Counted from the first letter of the stretch, positions 28,739 through 40,060 are shown. The stretch is 56,450 bases of DNA from an uncultured virus (IMG/VR IMGVR_UViG_3300005083_000004) (IMGVR_UViG_3300005083_000004), one strand, 5' to 3'. Translations and numbers: made by a program. The notes: generated by a model from the sequence alone, not told the origin.

Positions 28739-29773
28739 ATGAATGGTAATAGAGAAAAGCACAACAAAAATCATAAACTCCTCTTAATATCAAGATTTTG
28801 TGATATAATTTTATATATCACTATTATGGTGATAATTACATGGTTTATATTTGTATTTGTTCAAACTTATGTTAAAAGAGATATAAATGATAATGATGAA
28901 TTTTTAAATAAATTACCTGATGAAAGTATAATATTCAGTGATAGTATAATATATCATGAAGTAACAATTGAAGAAGAATTTATAACTAATTCGGTTGTTG
29001 ATACGTCGATAGTCAATACTACATCGATAATTGATACTGCTGCAATTGATACTACTATCACTATATCTAGATATGATCACCCTATAGAACTTGGAATATA
29101 TGAAGGTAGATATGCCAAAATATCTACTAATTATACTTGGGAAAATGGAGATAAAATTCCTGAATGGGTATGCTATTATTATTTTAAAATATCATATGTA
29201 GATTTAATCAATGCAACTGTATTGTTAGATGAGAATTCAATAAACTCTAAGATACTCATTGATGCTATAGTTGATGTTAAAGATAAATCTCAACTATCAG
29301 AATATGAGATATATCCTAATAATCTTTCAAGTATTCCAGTGAATTATAATTCATCATCTAATTCAATATCTAATGAATCGTCTTTAGATTCAATCGACAT
29401 TGATACATTATTAAGATTAATTGCAGTTCATGAAACAGGTGAAAATCCAACATTATCGCATTATAATAAAAATGGTACAACTGATCATGGGATGTATCAA
29501 CTTAATGATGTATTTCTAAAAGCGTATAATATTCAAAAATGGCAAGCATATGATAAATATGAATCTACAAGAGTTTTAAAAAAAATTTTTGAAAATGAAT
29601 ATTATCCTAAGTATAATGGAAATATTAAGTTGATAATCAGTTCATACTCATATGGACCAACGTGGTTGGCAAATCATCCTGAGGGATCTTCAGTACTATA
29701 TAACGAATACAGTTGGATATTAAAAGATTTACAAAATGATGAATTATACAAACATCAACAATATTATCATTAA
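28739..29773 (+). CDS. Membrane-anchored lytic transglycosylase (SLT/lysozyme-like domain)
   Basis: N-terminal TM helix, T/S-rich linkers, C-terminal LIAVHETG (catalytic Glu), NKNGTTDHGMYQLN and SSYSYGP. Confidence 0.8.
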   Translation: MNGNREKHNKNHKLLLISRFCDIILYITIMVIITWFIFVFVQTYVKRDINDNDEFLNKLPDESIIFSDSIIYHEVTIEEEFITNSVVDTSIVNTTSIIDTAAIDTTITISRYDHPIELGIYEGRYAKISTNYTWENGDKIPEWVCYYYFKISYVDLINATVLLDENSINSKILIDAIVDVKDKSQLSEYEIYPNNLSSIPVNYNSSSNSISNESSLDSIDIDTLLRLIAVHETGENPTLSHYNKNGTTDHGMYQLNDVFLKAYNIQKWQAYDKYESTRVLKKIFENEYYPKYNGNIKLIISSYSYGPTWLANHPEGSSVLYNEYSWILKDLQNDELYKHQQYYH

Positions 29774-29810
29774 AAAAAGAAAGGAGATTAATCTCCTTTC
29801 TTTTTTTTTT
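29772..29810. terminator. Intrinsic terminator
   Basis: Palindromic AAAAAAAGAAAGGAGATTAATCTCCTTTCTTTTTTT. Confidence 0.8.
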
Positions 29811-29910
29811 AATTAAAATTAATTTTATTTTTTTCAAAAAAATCAAATTTCGAATATAAAAAAGGATAGTATATAATTTAAATTTTCATTAAATGTAAAT
29901 ATTTTTTAAT

Positions 29911-29920
29911 TATATATTAA
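29911..29920 (+). promoter_or_regulatory. Putative early promoter motif (TATATATTAA variant)
   Basis: Upstream of the second RNAP beta-like gene. Confidence 0.45.
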
Positions 29921-29978
29921 TTATATATAACACCAACAAATGGGTTAATTAGTTATGTTGTGAGGTAATAATTACAAT

Positions 29979-31595
29979 ATGTTAGAATTTATTAATCAAA
30001 TTAATACTCCTTTGAGTAATAGTATTAATGATAATATCAGATTGAAAAAATATGATCGACCGTTAATTGAATACATCATTGATAGTTTTAAATCATTAAA
30101 TATTATTGATAATTATAAATTAATACATGTCGAAATTCGACATGCTGATTATGATATTGATAATTCAAAATATAATTGGAGAAGAGATCGTCATATAAAT
30201 AAATCAATAAAATATATTGATGACTCAATTTATGATGTACTAGATTTATATTTCCAGATAAGTGGACCATCTTCAAAATCAAATAAAATGGAAACAGTTG
30301 TTGTTAAACGATCAATATTTTTACCTATAATTCGAGATGGTATTTTATATAGTAAAGGTTCAGCATATAATTTAATATATCAATTAGTTGATAAAACATA
30401 TTATCCAACTACAAATTGTGTGGTTATAAAATCATTGATGCCAATCTGTATTAAGATAACATCACATAAATTAATTGATATTAATAATATAGAATATAAT
30501 TCATATTATTATAATTTGCAATTATTTAAAACAATGATTTCAGTATTGGTGCCTTATTTATATTATGGAATTGATTTTATGTTGAACTTTTTAGAAGTTG
30601 ATAGAGTTATTGATTTTCATCCAAAAAATATATATACTGATGATCCAAATTATTTGTATTTTCCAGTCAATAATAGTATTATCCGAGTATATAAAAAAGC
30701 ATTTGATCAGTTTATATATGTCAAATCAGTTGTATCAATGTTATATATATTAATGGATGATAATTTCTTAGAATATAATACAATTTCCAATCGTAATGAA
30801 TTATGTAAAATATTTACATTAAATGGAACATCTGAAGAATCGATGTTAATATTTCATAAACGTTTATATGATGAAACAACTAAAAAAGAATTATTTTTAG
30901 ATAAGGATAATAAAGATTCTATATATAGTATAATTCGATGGGTCATACAAAATTTTATTGAATTATGGGAAATAGATAATCTTAATATATATAATAAACG
31001 TTTAAGATGTAATGAATATTTAGCATCATTTATCACAAAAGAATTGAGTAAAAAATTAAATCGTCCAACAATACTTGGTAATCGAGCAACAATCGATGAT
31101 TATATTAAAATGGTAAATTTTAATTCTGATTTAATAATCAAGAAAATATATTCATCGGGATTATTAAAATATGATGATTGTAACAACGATTCTACTTTTA
31201 GTTCAGGATTTAAATATACAAAAAAAGGACCAAATAGTTTAGGTAATATTACATCTCGATCAGTAAATAAGTCACAACGAGACTTACATTACTCAATGAT
31301 TAGTAATATTGATATAACTAATTGTAGTATTTCAGATCCTGGTCAATCAGGAGAAATAACACCATTTTCTGAATTAAATTGTCTTGCATTTAATCCAAAT
31401 CTAGAAACGAATAATTTCCGTAATGAGTGGTATAAATTCTTAAATAATGAATTTGGTAATGATGATGATAATTTATTTGTATATAATTTTACAGATAATG
31501 AAGATTTAATACGTAAAACAGATAAACTTGCAGAAATTAATAATTCGATTAAATATCAAATTATAATAAAACCTGGTACAAAATTAATAATTTAA
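29979..31595 (+). CDS. Phage RNA polymerase beta subunit N-terminal part (probable non-virion RNAP)
   Basis: DNLNIYNKRLRCNE (DxLxNRRIR), YTKKGPNSL (SALGPGGL), RDLHYSMISNID...SISDPGQSGEITPF (RDVHxSHYGR..ETPEG.NIG). Confidence 0.85.
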   Translation: MLEFINQINTPLSNSINDNIRLKKYDRPLIEYIIDSFKSLNIIDNYKLIHVEIRHADYDIDNSKYNWRRDRHINKSIKYIDDSIYDVLDLYFQISGPSSKSNKMETVVVKRSIFLPIIRDGILYSKGSAYNLIYQLVDKTYYPTTNCVVIKSLMPICIKITSHKLIDINNIEYNSYYYNLQLFKTMISVLVPYLYYGIDFMLNFLEVDRVIDFHPKNIYTDDPNYLYFPVNNSIIRVYKKAFDQFIYVKSVVSMLYILMDDNFLEYNTISNRNELCKIFTLNGTSEESMLIFHKRLYDETTKKELFLDKDNKDSIYSIIRWVIQNFIELWEIDNLNIYNKRLRCNEYLASFITKELSKKLNRPTILGNRATIDDYIKMVNFNSDLIIKKIYSSGLLKYDDCNNDSTFSSGFKYTKKGPNSLGNITSRSVNKSQRDLHYSMISNIDITNCSISDPGQSGEITPFSELNCLAFNPNLETNNFRNEWYKFLNNEFGNDDDNLFVYNFTDNEDLIRKTDKLAEINNSIKYQIIIKPGTKLII

Positions 31596-31614
31596 TATTG
31601 AGAGGTTCTTATAT

Positions 31615-32145
31615 ATGTTACCTATACAAAAAATTGACCAGCAATCTACATTAATGTTTACAAATTTAACATTATATTCAAAAATGCCATTAATAATCTC
31701 ATTATCGGTATCTAATAGAGATCCGAAAATCAATGGGAATAATCGACAAGCATATATAAATCCATATTTTCATTTATCATATTTTGTAAAAACTGATGAT
31801 ACAGAACCTATTAAATGTAAAATGATTTTACTAATAGAAGATTATTATCAATTTTTATTTAGAATTGGACGAATATTATTACTACAGAAAAAAATCTATC
31901 AAGATGGTATTGTCGATGATTCAGATTTAAATGAGGATAATAAAATTATTATAACATATAAAAATGAAGCAATAAAAATTGAACCTAATATTATTAAAAC
32001 TGAAAATCGGTCAATTAATGTAATAACAATTATATTGAATGATCCATTATATTCAATTGATTTACCAATTGAAGATGCTGAAATAATGTATAAAATTTTA
32101 ATTAATAAAGATTATCATGGTTTATCTTTATTGCTAATGAAATAA
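31615..32145 (+). CDS. Hypothetical protein co-transcribed with RNAP beta-N
   Basis: 176 aa, GAGG SD. Confidence 0.65.
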   Translation: MLPIQKIDQQSTLMFTNLTLYSKMPLIISLSVSNRDPKINGNNRQAYINPYFHLSYFVKTDDTEPIKCKMILLIEDYYQFLFRIGRILLLQKKIYQDGIVDDSDLNEDNKIIITYKNEAIKIEPNIIKTENRSINVITIILNDPLYSIDLPIEDAEIMYKILINKDYHGLSLLLMK

Positions 32146-32146
32146 T

Positions 32147-32177
32147 AAAAAAGAGGAGAAATTTCTCCTCTTTTTTT
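32147..32177. terminator. Bidirectional intrinsic terminator
   Basis: AAAAAAGAGGAGAAATTTCTCCTCTTTTTT, a perfect palindrome between convergent genes. Confidence 0.8.
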
Positions 32178-32183
32178 ATTCTA

Positions 32184-33833
32184 TTAATTATTAATTGCTC
32201 CAGAAACCGAATATCCCAATCCAGTTATTTTCATTATTTTCATAATAGCATCTTCTGCAACTGATCGTGCTGTTGATGTTGTTAAATATTCGGTAGCTTT
32301 TTGACCTGTATATGTTAATATATTATTATATATACCATCTGCAGTATCAGATTTGTATAAAATATTATTACAATAACTAGCAACATATTCTATATATGAT
32401 ATATTTGATATTGCTAAATCGAGCCTATCAATCGGAGTCATTGATATTTCATTATATAAATCTTTTATATCAATTTTAATATCATATGACATAGCAAATC
32501 CTTTTGAATTAAAATCTGAATTATCTGAACCACGTGTTATCGATAATTGACTTACAATTCCTAATCCGCATGCAAATTGTCCTGGGACATAAGCTTGAAC
32601 TAAAAATGGCATTCCATATGCATTAGATGACGTTGCCTTAGGTAATGCTAATGGAATTAAATAAGATAACGGAATTAATATTTGCTTAAAATAAACTAAA
32701 GGATGTGCAGATGTTGCTGTTAGTTTAGTTGATAAACTATATAATCTAGTATATTCAGAGCTTTTATATATTTGCGGAATAATGATATGTTCTCCTTGTA
32801 ATCCTTTAATTATACCGCTCACATAATTTGTTGCTGCACCAATAAGACTAGGAGATAAATTTTGAATTGTTGAAGATACGGATTGTATTTTACTGGTGAT
32901 ACTATCAGGTACCGCACCAACAACACCTTCAATTCCGTTTTTTAAAGATTCAACTAATTTATTATCAGTTGCCCCTCCAGTTAAAAACTGGATTTCATTT
33001 GTGTATTGATCTTCAACTGATGATGGATCCAATATTGATGTTGTGATTGAGTTTCCAAATGATTCACTCATATTAATTGCATCAACTGCAAATTGTATAA
33101 TACCTGGAACTTTTGCATTTCCTGTAGTATAATTAGTATCTTCTTTAAAATCTTTTATATTTGATTTTACACTCTTATATGTACTTTCAAGAGCGGATTC
33201 ATTTGTTATTAATGATTTTTCTGATGCTTTTGATTTTTTAGTAAATATTTCAATTAATGATACCATGTTAGATGATTCATTAACTTTAGAAAATGATGTA
33301 TATGTGGCCCAATTCATTTCTGCTATTGATTGTGATGAAATTTGAATATTATTACTCGTTGTTTTTGTAAATGTTACAACGGGAATCTTAACATTTTCTG
33401 TATCCAATCCAATATAAGTTGCGAATGAATAAGTTAGAAATGAAACAAATTTAATATATTCCCAATATTGACCAAAGAAAGAATAATATCGTGTTAATCC
33501 ACTTCCATTTATGGCAAATATAGTTTGAAGTGTCTCAACTAATGAATCAGATTCAAATATACTAGAACTACCATCTATACCTAGTGCACTCACAATTGTT
33601 TCTTGTTGTATATCTCCAGTATATTGAGGTTTTCCAACTCTTAATGTCAGAATCGGAATATTAGATTCATAATTTTCTTTATAATAATCACCTATAAATG
33701 AAGATGATGTTTCACCATATCCATCATCATCTTGATGTGTTAAACCTGGATCTACACTCTCTAAAAATCTATATGGAGATCCAAATATAATTGCGTTATT
33801 ATTTGGATTAGAATCATATCTGTTAACTGCCAT
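32184..33833 (-). CDS. Virion structural protein (baseplate hub / tail-tube-initiator-like)
   Basis: Start at ATG 33833 after AAGGAG. PQIYKSSEYTR.YS...LALP...YGMPFLV..Y.PG...GIVSQLSITRG...IKDLY resembles jumbo-phage tail-tube-fold baseplate proteins. Confidence 0.55.
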   Translation of the reverse strand: MAVNRYDSNPNNNAIIFGSPYRFLESVDPGLTHQDDDGYGETSSSFIGDYYKENYESNIPILTLRVGKPQYTGDIQQETIVSALGIDGSSSIFESDSLVETLQTIFAINGSGLTRYYSFFGQYWEYIKFVSFLTYSFATYIGLDTENVKIPVVTFTKTTSNNIQISSQSIAEMNWATYTSFSKVNESSNMVSLIEIFTKKSKASEKSLITNESALESTYKSVKSNIKDFKEDTNYTTGNAKVPGIIQFAVDAINMSESFGNSITTSILDPSSVEDQYTNEIQFLTGGATDNKLVESLKNGIEGVVGAVPDSITSKIQSVSSTIQNLSPSLIGAATNYVSGIIKGLQGEHIIIPQIYKSSEYTRLYSLSTKLTATSAHPLVYFKQILIPLSYLIPLALPKATSSNAYGMPFLVQAYVPGQFACGLGIVSQLSITRGSDNSDFNSKGFAMSYDIKIDIKDLYNEISMTPIDRLDLAISNISYIEYVASYCNNILYKSDTADGIYNNILTYTGQKATEYLTTSTARSVAEDAIMKIMKITGLGYSVSGAINN

Positions 33834-33859
33834 TATTATATCTCCTTTTTTATATAATG

Positions 33860-33873
33860 TTATTGAAAAAGTT
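33860..33873 (-). promoter_or_regulatory. Putative late promoter AAC-N8-TAA
   Basis: AACTTTTTCAATAA on the minus strand. Confidence 0.45.
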
Positions 33874-33938
33874 AAAAAACTCAATTTTTATATATTAAAT
33901 AAAATATAATAATAAAGAATTGCTCTTTTTTTGTTAAA

Positions 33939-33954
33939 AAAACTTCCATATTAA
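33939..33954 (+). promoter_or_regulatory. Putative late promoter AAAAC-N8-TAA
   Basis: AAAACTTCCATATTAA upstream of the helicase. Confidence 0.45.
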
Positions 33955-33980
33955 TATTCCATAATATAAGGAGATTCACA

Positions 33981-35525
33981 ATGAATAATGTCAATAAATC
34001 TATTGAAAATGATTTTATTTATTATACTGAAAATGATATTTTTATAGGTGTTGAGAAATTACTTTTAGAAATGGAAGAACATGAAGTAATTACTAAAGAA
34101 CGTACAAGATTTAAATTTAATCATGCAACTAATGATCATCGAATGATGTTAACCAAACTCATATCTGCGAATGGTATAAGTTATGCATATATAAATGATG
34201 AATTTGCAGCAGCTCCGATTGGAGTTGATATATTTTTACAAAAACATATTAATACCAATTCAATTAAGAATATGACTGATACTTTTTTCAATAGATCAAA
34301 ATTATCATATATTCCACCTGAAAAAAATATGCCAACTCCAAGAGATCAACTTCAAAAAGATGCATTAGATTTTTTAAATAATCAAATGTTAGAATATTCA
34401 CAATTAGGTTTGATAGTTCCTCCGGGAATTGGAAAAAGTTTTATGGGTATATCATGGGCAATTCAACAAGGATGGAAAACTATTATTATTGTTCCAACGA
34501 ATAATTTGAAATCTCAATTCTATAAAGTATTGACTAATATGTTTCATATTCCACAACAATATATTGCAGATATTAAAAATTCATCACAATTATTAAAAAA
34601 CAAAGACAAAGATTGGATGTTATGTTTACAAACAACATTTTCTGAGTTATCAAAAACCGATGAATTGGAAAATGTATTTAAACAATTAAATCGAGGAACT
34701 AAAATTATTGATGAAGCTCATTTATTTTTCAGAAATACGTTACGTATTGATGGATCTGCTAATATATCTAATAATTTATATATGACGGCAACATTTGAAA
34801 GATCATCATCTGAGGAATCAAGATTGTTTAGTATATGCATGAGTAAAGTTAAACAATTTAAAATTGATACTGATGCATTAGAATCATATGGTATAATGAA
34901 ACATATTAATATTTTAGCATGTGAAGTTAATTCATATTTAAGCAAAGAAGAATTAGCTAACATGATTACATTAGTTAAAATTGGTAATAAAACAGCAAGA
35001 ACAATTAATATTGGAAGATATATGAGAGCTGTTGTTCCTGATAATGGTTATATTACTGAGTATATGAAACAATGCATGACAGTATCCAAAATTGTTCGAG
35101 AAAAAATAATATATGGTAAAATGTTGGTATTAGCTCCAACTGTAAATGCAACTGAAATATTTGCAAATATATTAAGAAATATATTCCCTAATTTGAAAAT
35201 TGGAACAATTAATTCAAAGAATTCAAAATCATTAAATGATCAAAATAAAGAAGAATGTGATATTATTGTTAGTACAGTCAAATCAACAGGAACTGGAATG
35301 GATATTCCAGATTTATCAATAGTTGTATGTACTGAACAATATAAATCGCCTGTATTAAGTGATCAAGTATCTGGTCGTTTAAGAACTAGAAAAGATGGTA
35401 AAGATACATATTATGTTGATATCACCGATATTCGAGTAACGCAATTTCTTATATGGAGAGATGAACGATTAAAAATATTAAAAAGAAAAGTTAAATCATA
35501 TCAAAGATTTAAACCGTGGAAATAA
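33981..35525 (+). CDS. Superfamily 2 helicase (UvsW-like)
   Basis: PPGIGKS (I), IIVPT (Ia), IIDEAH (II), TAT (III), GTGMDIP (V), QVSGRLR (VI). Confidence 0.9.
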   Translation: MNNVNKSIENDFIYYTENDIFIGVEKLLLEMEEHEVITKERTRFKFNHATNDHRMMLTKLISANGISYAYINDEFAAAPIGVDIFLQKHINTNSIKNMTDTFFNRSKLSYIPPEKNMPTPRDQLQKDALDFLNNQMLEYSQLGLIVPPGIGKSFMGISWAIQQGWKTIIIVPTNNLKSQFYKVLTNMFHIPQQYIADIKNSSQLLKNKDKDWMLCLQTTFSELSKTDELENVFKQLNRGTKIIDEAHLFFRNTLRIDGSANISNNLYMTATFERSSSEESRLFSICMSKVKQFKIDTDALESYGIMKHINILACEVNSYLSKEELANMITLVKIGNKTARTINIGRYMRAVVPDNGYITEYMKQCMTVSKIVREKIIYGKMLVLAPTVNATEIFANILRNIFPNLKIGTINSKNSKSLNDQNKEECDIIVSTVKSTGTGMDIPDLSIVVCTEQYKSPVLSDQVSGRLRTRKDGKDTYYVDITDIRVTQFLIWRDERLKILKRKVKSYQRFKPWK

Positions 35526-35533
35526 TAAAAAAT

Positions 35534-35559
35534 ATAAGGTGGGAAATTTCCCACCTTAT
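35534..35559. terminator. Bidirectional intrinsic terminator
   Basis: Palindrome ATAAGGTGGGAAATTTCCCACCTTAT between convergent genes. Confidence 0.75.
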
Positions 35560-35567
35560 TTAAATTA

Positions 35568-38215
35568 TTATACTGAATTCTTATAATCGGAACTTCTATT
35601 TTTAAATGCATTATAAATTCCACTAACAGCTTGATACATTTCAACCATTATAGCAGTTGTTGAACTATACATAGTTTTATAAATACTGATTATATCTTTA
35701 AATAATTTATTTATGTTATCCACATTTGTTTTAACGTTATTTATTTTATCATCTATATTTTGTATTTGCCCTTGTTGTTGAGTTTGTTGTTGAGTNNNNN
35801 NNNNNNNNNNNNNNNNNNNNNNNNNNNNNNNNNNNNNNNNNNNNNNNNNNNNNNNNNNNNNNNNNNNNNNNNNNNNNNNNNNGTTTGTTGTTGAGTTTGT
35901 TGTTGATCTTGAACTTGTTGTTGAGTTTGTTGTTTATTATAAATATCTCCGTATTTTTCTATTATCCTATATTGTATATCAGTCATCTTATCTACTTTGA
36001 TTGACATATCATTCATAAACTTAATTGTTTTTAAATAGTTATTTGGTGATAATAATTGTTTAATACTTGGATCTGCTAATATTTTGACGAAATCTAATAG
36101 TTTCGTTTTTAAAGTTGCACCAGATATATCTATTGTTGATAAATCATTGGCGTCTGACTTAGTATTGTATGCTATCCAATTGGATAAGCGATTATCGTAT
36201 GTTGCAGACCAACTAATTATTCCATTATTAACTAGAGATGATATCCCAATACTACGTGATAAAGTTGCTAAAATAGTAGTAAAGTTCTTTATCATTGGAG
36301 AATCAATAATCTTTGGTAGTGTTGGAAGTTCATTCATTTTAGCCTTAGCACTATCTAGATTATTTAGATCTATTGAATTTAATATTGTATTAATCTTGTC
36401 TAAATATTGTGTTGTTAAATTATCAAAATAACTATTGACAGATTGACGTTCTTCATCACTTGCTAATATAAATACTGATTTGACTCTGGCAACTAAATCC
36501 TTGGTATCATAGTCATGAATATCAGTAATTTGATCGGAATCTGTTATTAAATCAAATCGTTTAATTATATTTGCTTGTTGTGAAGCAACCCATTTGAATG
36601 CAGTTTCCAATTGTGTTGATTTTTGTTGTAAAGGTCTAAAGAAATTTGCAATGATCATTTTAATATAATCCAATAATGAAAATTTCTTACCTTTTTTACC
36701 TTTACCAGATTCTTTATCATCTCTTTTAAATGGACCTTCTGTATTTTTAATAGAAATAGCTTCTATCATCTGTTCAATTTCATTCGGATTTGAATATGCT
36801 AATGCTAGTTCCATAATCATCATTTTTGTTTTATCATATAAGAGATTATTTTCCAATACTTGATAATAGTTAACACAATCATCCAAATCATTTAGCGCAT
36901 TATTAACTGGGGCCAATAGTTGATGGCTGACATTTGTAAGTTTGATATATTCATTTGTTTTTTTAATTGAAATATATTGTTGTTTATTAACAAATGAATT
37001 CCATATATCTATCAATAGTCTAGTTGTAATTGCTGTCAATTTTTTAACTGATCCATCTAAATCGATATTACGATTATCTTTTGAATAATAAACCTTCAGT
37101 GCTTGAATTACCGTAATGACCATAGGTCCAAACATACCATCAAAATCTTGAAGTGATATAAGTTTATTAATTTCTTTTTCATATAAATTTCTTTCAGTTG
37201 AATATTGAAGTATATTTTGTGTTATTATTTCAATTTCATCAACACTTATTATCTCACTATCATATGATAGTTGCGTAATTCTTCTGATATTATTGATAAT
37301 TATAGAATCATCAAATATTTTATGGTTATCGGTACTATATGATGAAATGCCATCATGTGGTGGTATATTAATATCATCAGGTTGAGTAAACAATTGCCTA
37401 TTCGTATCATATATAGAATCATCATTATATAATATAATTGCTCGACTTAATCCTGATAAACCTTCACCATCACTTACAAGATATTTAGTTCCAATAAATT
37501 TATATCCAGCAACAGTTGAAATTTCATTGACATTTTCAACTTTAAATGCATTATATTGACCAACTTCATCCTTATCCTTAGAATCAATACCAAGACAAAA
37601 TGATATAAATTTATATATAATTACAAATACAATGGTATATGTCAAAGAAAATACTATTAAATATAAAATATATAATACAAACGAGCCAATCACACTTTCC
37701 GTTTTTATTTGCTTTTTATTTTGTTCATATTGTGCAAATAAATTATCATATATTTTATTAAGTGGATTTATTTCTTGTTCAACATATTCACCAATTTTTT
37801 CAAATAATTCAATATCTCTTTTTTTGGTTGAAATACTATTCATTTCAATACAATTTTTTACATCTTGAAATAATGATTTAGTATTATCTATTATATCTTC
37901 TGACAATCCATATTCAAGATTAAAAGAATCAACAATATATTTTTTATCAATATCTTTGTTGGAGGTTCTTTTTATTTTCGATATAATCGTATTATATTCA
38001 AGAGGTTTGATTTGTATTAAAGTATTGAGAAACTTTTTAGAGTCAGAAGATAAATTTGGAACTCCCTTTGAAAAAGATTGTTTGTTGATATTAATTTTCT
38101 TTATGTTACTTAAGATACTTTTTGCTTTTTTAATATCATCTAATGTATTAGTTGATTTAGATAATAATGAATTTAATATACTTAAATCATTATCAGTATT
38201 TTTTGTTTTAAACAT
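35568..38215 (-). CDS. Large putative virion protein with a TM segment and a TQQQ repeat tract
   Basis: Beyond the N gap (35796-35882) another frame continues TQQQTQQQGQIQNIDDKINN...YKNSV* to 35568, next to the terminator, so the listed 35753 stop is a gap artefact. Confidence 0.65.
35772..35933 (-). repeat. 12-nt tandem repeat ACTCAACAACAA (TQQQ)n spanning an assembly gap
   Basis: Units are visible on both flanks of the gap. Confidence 0.75.
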
Positions 38216-38228
38216 TACATATTTCTCC

Positions 38229-39146
38229 TTAAATTTTATTCAAATTTACGATGAATGATGATATACCCTTAGTATTCTTAATAATATTTTTCATTTGTTT
38301 ACTGATATAAGGAATATTGTTAAATGCTGCAATAATAACAAATATTAAATATTCAATATTATCAAATGATAAATATGATAATTGACTATAATTTTGAATA
38401 TATTTATCAATGAATACTCGAGTATTTAAATTATTTAATCTATTGGATGTTGTTTTCATTAAATTGATTAACTCTTCAAAGTTAGTTACCTTACTTTCTT
38501 CCCATTTCTTTATTGTATCTACATCAATAAATTCTAATTGTTTAACAGATAACGATTCATTTCCTGAATTATCATCAATATTTGCCATGATATCTAGTAA
38601 AAATCTACGACAAAAATAACAACATTCATCGTATGATTTTTGTTCAGCACGGATACCGCTCATTGAATTGACAATGTTCATACACGTATTCTCATACATA
38701 TAAAGAATATTTTTTAATAATACCATTGGTAAAACTGAACTTCCATTAGATTTAATTAATCCTGATATATACGATGCCTGAAGTAATGATGACAATGACT
38801 CAGAATCACCTTTATAAAGTTGAGAACTTGTATTGACTCCTCCAATTATGTCTAAAAAACTTGTAGTACATATAGAACCATCACTCTTCTTAATTGATAT
38901 GAAAGGAATAGTATTGCTCATTATTTTTTCTTTATAAGAAAAATATAATATTATTTCATCAGAATTATAAGCAGATAATGCTTTTTTCTCAATGTCAGTT
39001 GATTGTGATTTTAAGTCTATTAATTGTTTAGATAAAATTGTATTATCTGCAATTTTATATTCTTTAAGAACTTTACTTAATGCTTCAGTAATATTATATA
39101 CACCATTAAGCAAATTAAAAGAATATGAATCTTTTAATGTATACAT
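38229..39146 (-). CDS. Hypothetical protein, probably virion structural
   Basis: Start MYTLKDSYSF at 39146 after AAGGAG; late-type motif at 39179-39191. Confidence 0.65.
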   Translation of the reverse strand: MYTLKDSYSFNLLNGVYNITEALSKVLKEYKIADNTILSKQLIDLKSQSTDIEKKALSAYNSDEIILYFSYKEKIMSNTIPFISIKKSDGSICTTSFLDIIGGVNTSSQLYKGDSESLSSLLQASYISGLIKSNGSSVLPMVLLKNILYMYENTCMNIVNSMSGIRAEQKSYDECCYFCRRFLLDIMANIDDNSGNESLSVKQLEFIDVDTIKKWEESKVTNFEELINLMKTTSNRLNNLNTRVFIDKYIQNYSQLSYLSFDNIEYLIFVIIAAFNNIPYISKQMKNIIKNTKGISSFIVNLNKI

Positions 39147-39199
39147 ATTATAAATAATCTCCTTTGAGTATTTAAGTGTTATTATCGAGTTCAATCTGT

Positions 39200-39610
39200 T
39201 TAGTTTTGATATAATGATTCGACATCTCCAATATGGGTTCCTACGAAATCATCTTCACGTTTACAGAAGTATCGATTAGAAATATCATTATTTAATATCG
39301 TCATTTGAAATTCTTCACCAATTTTAGTTTTTATCCCATAAAAAACTAATGGAATTCGTCCAATATACAAAGTAGATAAAAAGTTTTGTAAATCGATATA
39401 ATAAATAACTTTCAATTTACATTTTGATGAATTTATCAATATTTGATCAATACTTTCCCGATATATTTTATATTTACCAGAATCTAAATTAGGTGTCATT
39501 GCTTTACTATATATTCGATATTTTTCTCTAGTAGTATAGTAACAATCTTCAGCTCCATAACATACAGTTTTTGGAGGAAATTGATGTTCAGGATATCTTA
39601 AACTTATCAT
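39200..39610 (-). CDS. Hypothetical protein
   Basis: 136 aa, AGGAG SD. Confidence 0.65.
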   Translation of the reverse strand: MISLRYPEHQFPPKTVCYGAEDCYYTTREKYRIYSKAMTPNLDSGKYKIYRESIDQILINSSKCKLKVIYYIDLQNFLSTLYIGRIPLVFYGIKTKIGEEFQMTILNNDISNRYFCKREDDFVGTHIGDVESLYQN

Positions 39611-39671
39611 AATATAATCTCCTAATCCGTTTGTATAAATTATTCAAATGTGATTTATTAAATAAATATAA

Positions 39672-39706
39672 AAAAAATATAAGAGATTCAATCTCTTATA
39701 TTTTTT
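39672..39706. terminator. Intrinsic terminator
   Basis: AAAAAATATAAGAGAT-tca-ATCTCTTATATTTTTT. Confidence 0.7.
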
Positions 39707-39736
39707 ATATTTATTTAATTATTTTTTTTGATTTGG

Positions 39737-40060
39737 TTATTCCAAATCAGGAACTTCGTATTGCTGATGCAGAGGAATTCGTGGTAATATATCCGTATAC
39801 CTACATTTGCGGATATATTTATCGATGATATTAAAGTCATCTTCNNNNNNNNNNNNNNNNNNNNNNNNNNNNNNNNNNNNNNNNNNNNNNNNNNNNNNNN
39901 NNNNNNNNNNNNNNNNNNNNNNNNNNNNNNNNNNNNNNNNNNNNNNNNNNNNNNNNNNNNNNNNNNNNNNNNNNNNNNNNNNNNNNNNATCATCAGGATA
40001 TATTTTCATCAGGTCAAAATTAGCATAACAATTTCTGTTGTACATTGGTTTGCTCATCAT
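39737..40060 (-). CDS. Small hypothetical protein spanning an N gap
   Basis: ATG 40060 after AAGGAG; gap 39845-39988 is flanked by PDD...EDD; early motif at 40124-40133. Confidence 0.5.
   Translation of the reverse strand: MMSKPMYNRNCYANFDLMKIYPDDXXXXXXXXXXXXXXXXXXXXXXXXXXXXXXXXXXXXXXXXXXXXXXXXEDDFNIIDKYIRKCRYTDILPRIPLHQQYEVPDLE

Noticed and set aside
35753..35882. Apparent frameshift/early stop in the 820-aa ORF
   Set aside because: It coincides with an N gap inside a tandem repeat, so gap-length error is the simplest explanation.
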